From Malacoraja senta (lineage: Eukaryota), in contig CM075991.1 of the NCBI GenBank assembly GCA_038087875.1, forward strand, positions 7,194,001 through 7,258,000: DNA of 64,000 nucleotides, written 5' to 3'. The notes beneath the pieces are model-generated. The model was not told where the DNA came from, ran no database searches, and was given only the letters and a program-made list of their open reading frames with translations. Below are positions 61,345 through 64,000 of this stretch, one piece after another (the first letter of the stretch is position 1; each line of letters begins with the position of its first letter). A program made the translations under genes and the position numbers.

Positions 61345-61655
61345 TGGCATGGTGGCGCAGCAGAGGAATTGTTGCCTTACAGCGCCAGAGACCCGGCTTC
61401 GATCCTGACTATATGTGCTGCCTGTAAGTTTGTACGTTCTCCCCGTGGCCAGGTGGGTTTTCCCCGGGTGCTCCGGTTTAATCCCGCACTCCAAAGGCGT
61501 TCAGGTTTGCAGGTTAGTTGACCGATAAAAATAGTAAATCATCCCTAGTATGTAGGATAGTGCTGGTGGATGAACATTGCTGGAAGGAGGACTCGGTGGG
61601 CCGAGGGCCTGTTTCAACGCTGTATCTCTAAACTACAAAAAACGAAAACTAAACT
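61345..61655 (+). mobile_element. V-SINE (HE1-like)
   Basis: Head, V-domain, tail. Confidence 0.85.
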
Positions 61656-62621
61656 AGTCTGCTTCAGCTTGCAGTTTTCAAGCATTACTCTTTTAAATGG
61701 TTTTCAAATGACCAAAAACTATTGACCCATCTAGTTTTGTTTTGTTGGGCAAAACAAATTTCACCATGAGTTGTGGTGAGACATCGTGCAATAAAATCCC
61801 AAGGCACACGCGGATCATATAAAACACGTGTTCAAACAGTAATGAATTATTTATTGACCTGCTGAAACCAAATTAATTCTGCCTGGAGAAACAGGAATGG
61901 TATTTAAGCAGTGCATTTAATGTAAGGTAGACAAATCTAAGGCTCTACACAGAGGCCTAATATGAAATAAATGGGCAATTCTGAAGGAAGCTACTAAAAG
62001 GATACGCTACAGGCTCAATCAAAGATTTTAGAGATAGATTTGAAATATGAAATGGAATGGTGCAGTGGTAAACAAAGACGCAGGTTTATGGCACTCTTAG
62101 TGACTTTAGAACATATCAAAGTGCTTCAGGGGCAGAACATATCAAGGGTCTATTGTTGAGCCCACTCGAGCATTCAGTTCAATCAAGGCTGATCAGTACG
62201 TTAACTTGCCGTTATGCCAGACACATTGACACTTACTAAATAAGGAGCGAGTTATCACAATCGTGAAAGTTCCAGAGTTGTTTCCATTATCAACAGTCTT
62301 TTGAGGTAGTCAAAGAGACTTTAATATTATGGCGGCAGAGTGGCACACATGCTGGAGACCCAGGTTCGACCCTGGCCTCGGGTACCGTCTGCATGGAGTT
62401 TGCACGTTCTCGCTGTGACTGCATTGGCTTCTTACTGGTGCTCTGATTTTCACTCATATCTCAAAAGCGTGAGGGTGTGTAGGTTAGTTGGCCTCTGCAA
62501 ATTGCCCCCAGTGTGTAGGGAGTGGATGAGAATATTCTCAAACTAAATATTTATTAGCCAACTGAGTACTGCCCGTTAACGAACAATTATGATGTCATTT
62601 AATTTTGAGGTAAGAGAGTTA

Positions 62622-62930
62622 AGGCCCTGTCCCACTTTCCCGAGTTACTCACGAATTCTCCCGAGTTTTCCCCTTGATTCAAAGTTGGAGAATGTCCGTA
62701 GCGAGTCCGTAGCGAGTCCGTAGGAGTCCGTAGATATTTCGTAGCGGCTCGTAATGCCAGCCGTAGGTACTCGGGGCATCAGGTAAGACGGGACGTTTTT
62801 TCAGCATGTTGAAAAATGTCCACGAGTAAAAAAAATAGCCCCGAGTACCCACGGCTGGCATCTCCGAGTTTGAATCAAGGGGAAAACCCGGGAGAATTCG
62901 TGAGTAACTCGGGAAAGTGGGACAGGGCCT
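62622..62930. mobile_element. PIF/Harbinger-type MITE
   Basis: ~70-bp TIRs aggccctgtcccactttcccgagttactcacgaattctccc.. / ..gggagaattcgtgagtaactcgggaaagtgggacagggcct; TTA TSD at 62619-62621 and 62931-62933. Confidence 0.9.
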
Positions 62931-63649
62931 TTACTGGTCATCGGAAACGTTAGGGCAGATGGTGTAGAGACAGGGAGAAGTGAGGTTTTGGAAGTAAAAT
63001 GTTTGGTGATAAATTTCTATTTATATCTCACCCTTGATTGAGAGTTTAATGCTAATTGTATCCTCTCCCTGGCCCTGACTTTGAGTATTTAGCAGTATAG
63101 TGAGAATAAGATTGGTGAGCTGACACCTGATTGTTCTGTTGTATATAACTCTGTGGAAATTAACTGCCTTTCAGTGGATGTAATATCTGTTAGTTCGAAA
63201 AGCTTTTGTTAAAATCATTGGTGCATAAATTGGGTGGGAACAGATTAATGAATGTTTTAATTTGACGATCCCTCGTGTGTTGACGAAGCTGCTACATATT
63301 TCCGCTACCAAAAGATTTTGATAAATTGCATCCAGTAACTTTTTATGTTGCTTGAAGTGATGAAAGCTGCGGCAAGTAATTTATAGACTTATAATGTTAC
63401 AGCGTTACATGAGCTGATATTAAATATTTCACTCTGTCACCTGGAATTAAATATGTAGAAATGTTACAGACTGAAACAATGAACAAAATGATTCTGGCAG
63501 TTGAAAAATGACACTCTTCACAAGATGTTCTTTCTAAAATAAATCTTCATGAGAGGATCAAAATTTGAGGTCAGCCCTGAGTAATCTGCCAAGTTTCAAT
63601 GAATGGCAAGACTAACTATTTTCACAAAAATGCTTGAAACTTAATTACT

Positions 63650-63978
63650 TTTCTCCCCAGAGTAAAGCGTAGCATCAATGGCAAGGAAGGCGTATGGTAT
63701 ACGCCTTCATCGATCAAGGCATTGAATATAGTAGTCAGGAACTCATGTTGCGGCTTCATACAACTTTGGTTTGGTTGCACATGCTGTTCTGGTGGCCCCA
63801 TTAAAGGAAGGATCTGAAAGCATTGGAGAAGGCGCAGAAGAGGTTTACCAGAATGTGGCCTGGATTAGAGGGTTTTAGCTATGAAGAGAGGTTGGACAAA
63901 CTTGGACTGTTTTCTCTGGAGTGTCGGTGAACTGAGGGGAGACTAGATAGAAGTATATCAAATTATGAGAGGCCGAGA
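63650..63978 (+). mobile_element. CR1 ORF2 C-terminal fragment, apparently followed by the start of another MITE at the window edge
   Basis: ALEKAQKRFTRM..EERLDKLGLFSLE; terminal aacccctgtctcac resembles the ctgtcccac TIR. Confidence 0.72.
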
Positions 63979-64000
63979 TAAACCCCTGTCTCACGGTGCG

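Noticed and set aside
5151..61655. tRNA-like A/B boxes as tRNA genes
   Set aside because: Always fused to the V-domain and CR1-like tail with no complete cloverleaf; these are SINE heads.

Overview
Repeat-dense vertebrate genomic DNA, most likely from a cartilaginous fish (skate/ray-like). This is inferred from about 29 HE1/V-SINE-like copies, their partner CR1 tails and SacSINE1-like remnants. I found no host protein-coding exon, so the window looks intergenic or intronic. Large elements: an L1 with intact ORF2 (258-4049), a 3'-truncated CR1 with a zinc-finger/esterase ORF1 (about 13788-17156, minus), a decayed IR/DR Tc1 (about 37173-38690) and a 2.2 kb (TG)n/TACG array. Smaller pieces include Rex1/Babar, Hero and Penelope fragments plus hAT and Harbinger-type MITEs. 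The main result is two distinct families of tiny (140-170 nt) retroposons (29038-29178 +, 47753-47891 +, 46598-46764 -). Each begins at a nested double-pseudoknot HDV-like self-cleaving ribozyme, ends in a stem-loop plus (GAA)n tail and is flanked by a target-site duplication (TSD). More than 25 Penelope-derived short elements also carry a minimal hammerhead-like core. All RNA structures were folded by eye and no activity is demonstrated; boundaries of old repeats are approximate.
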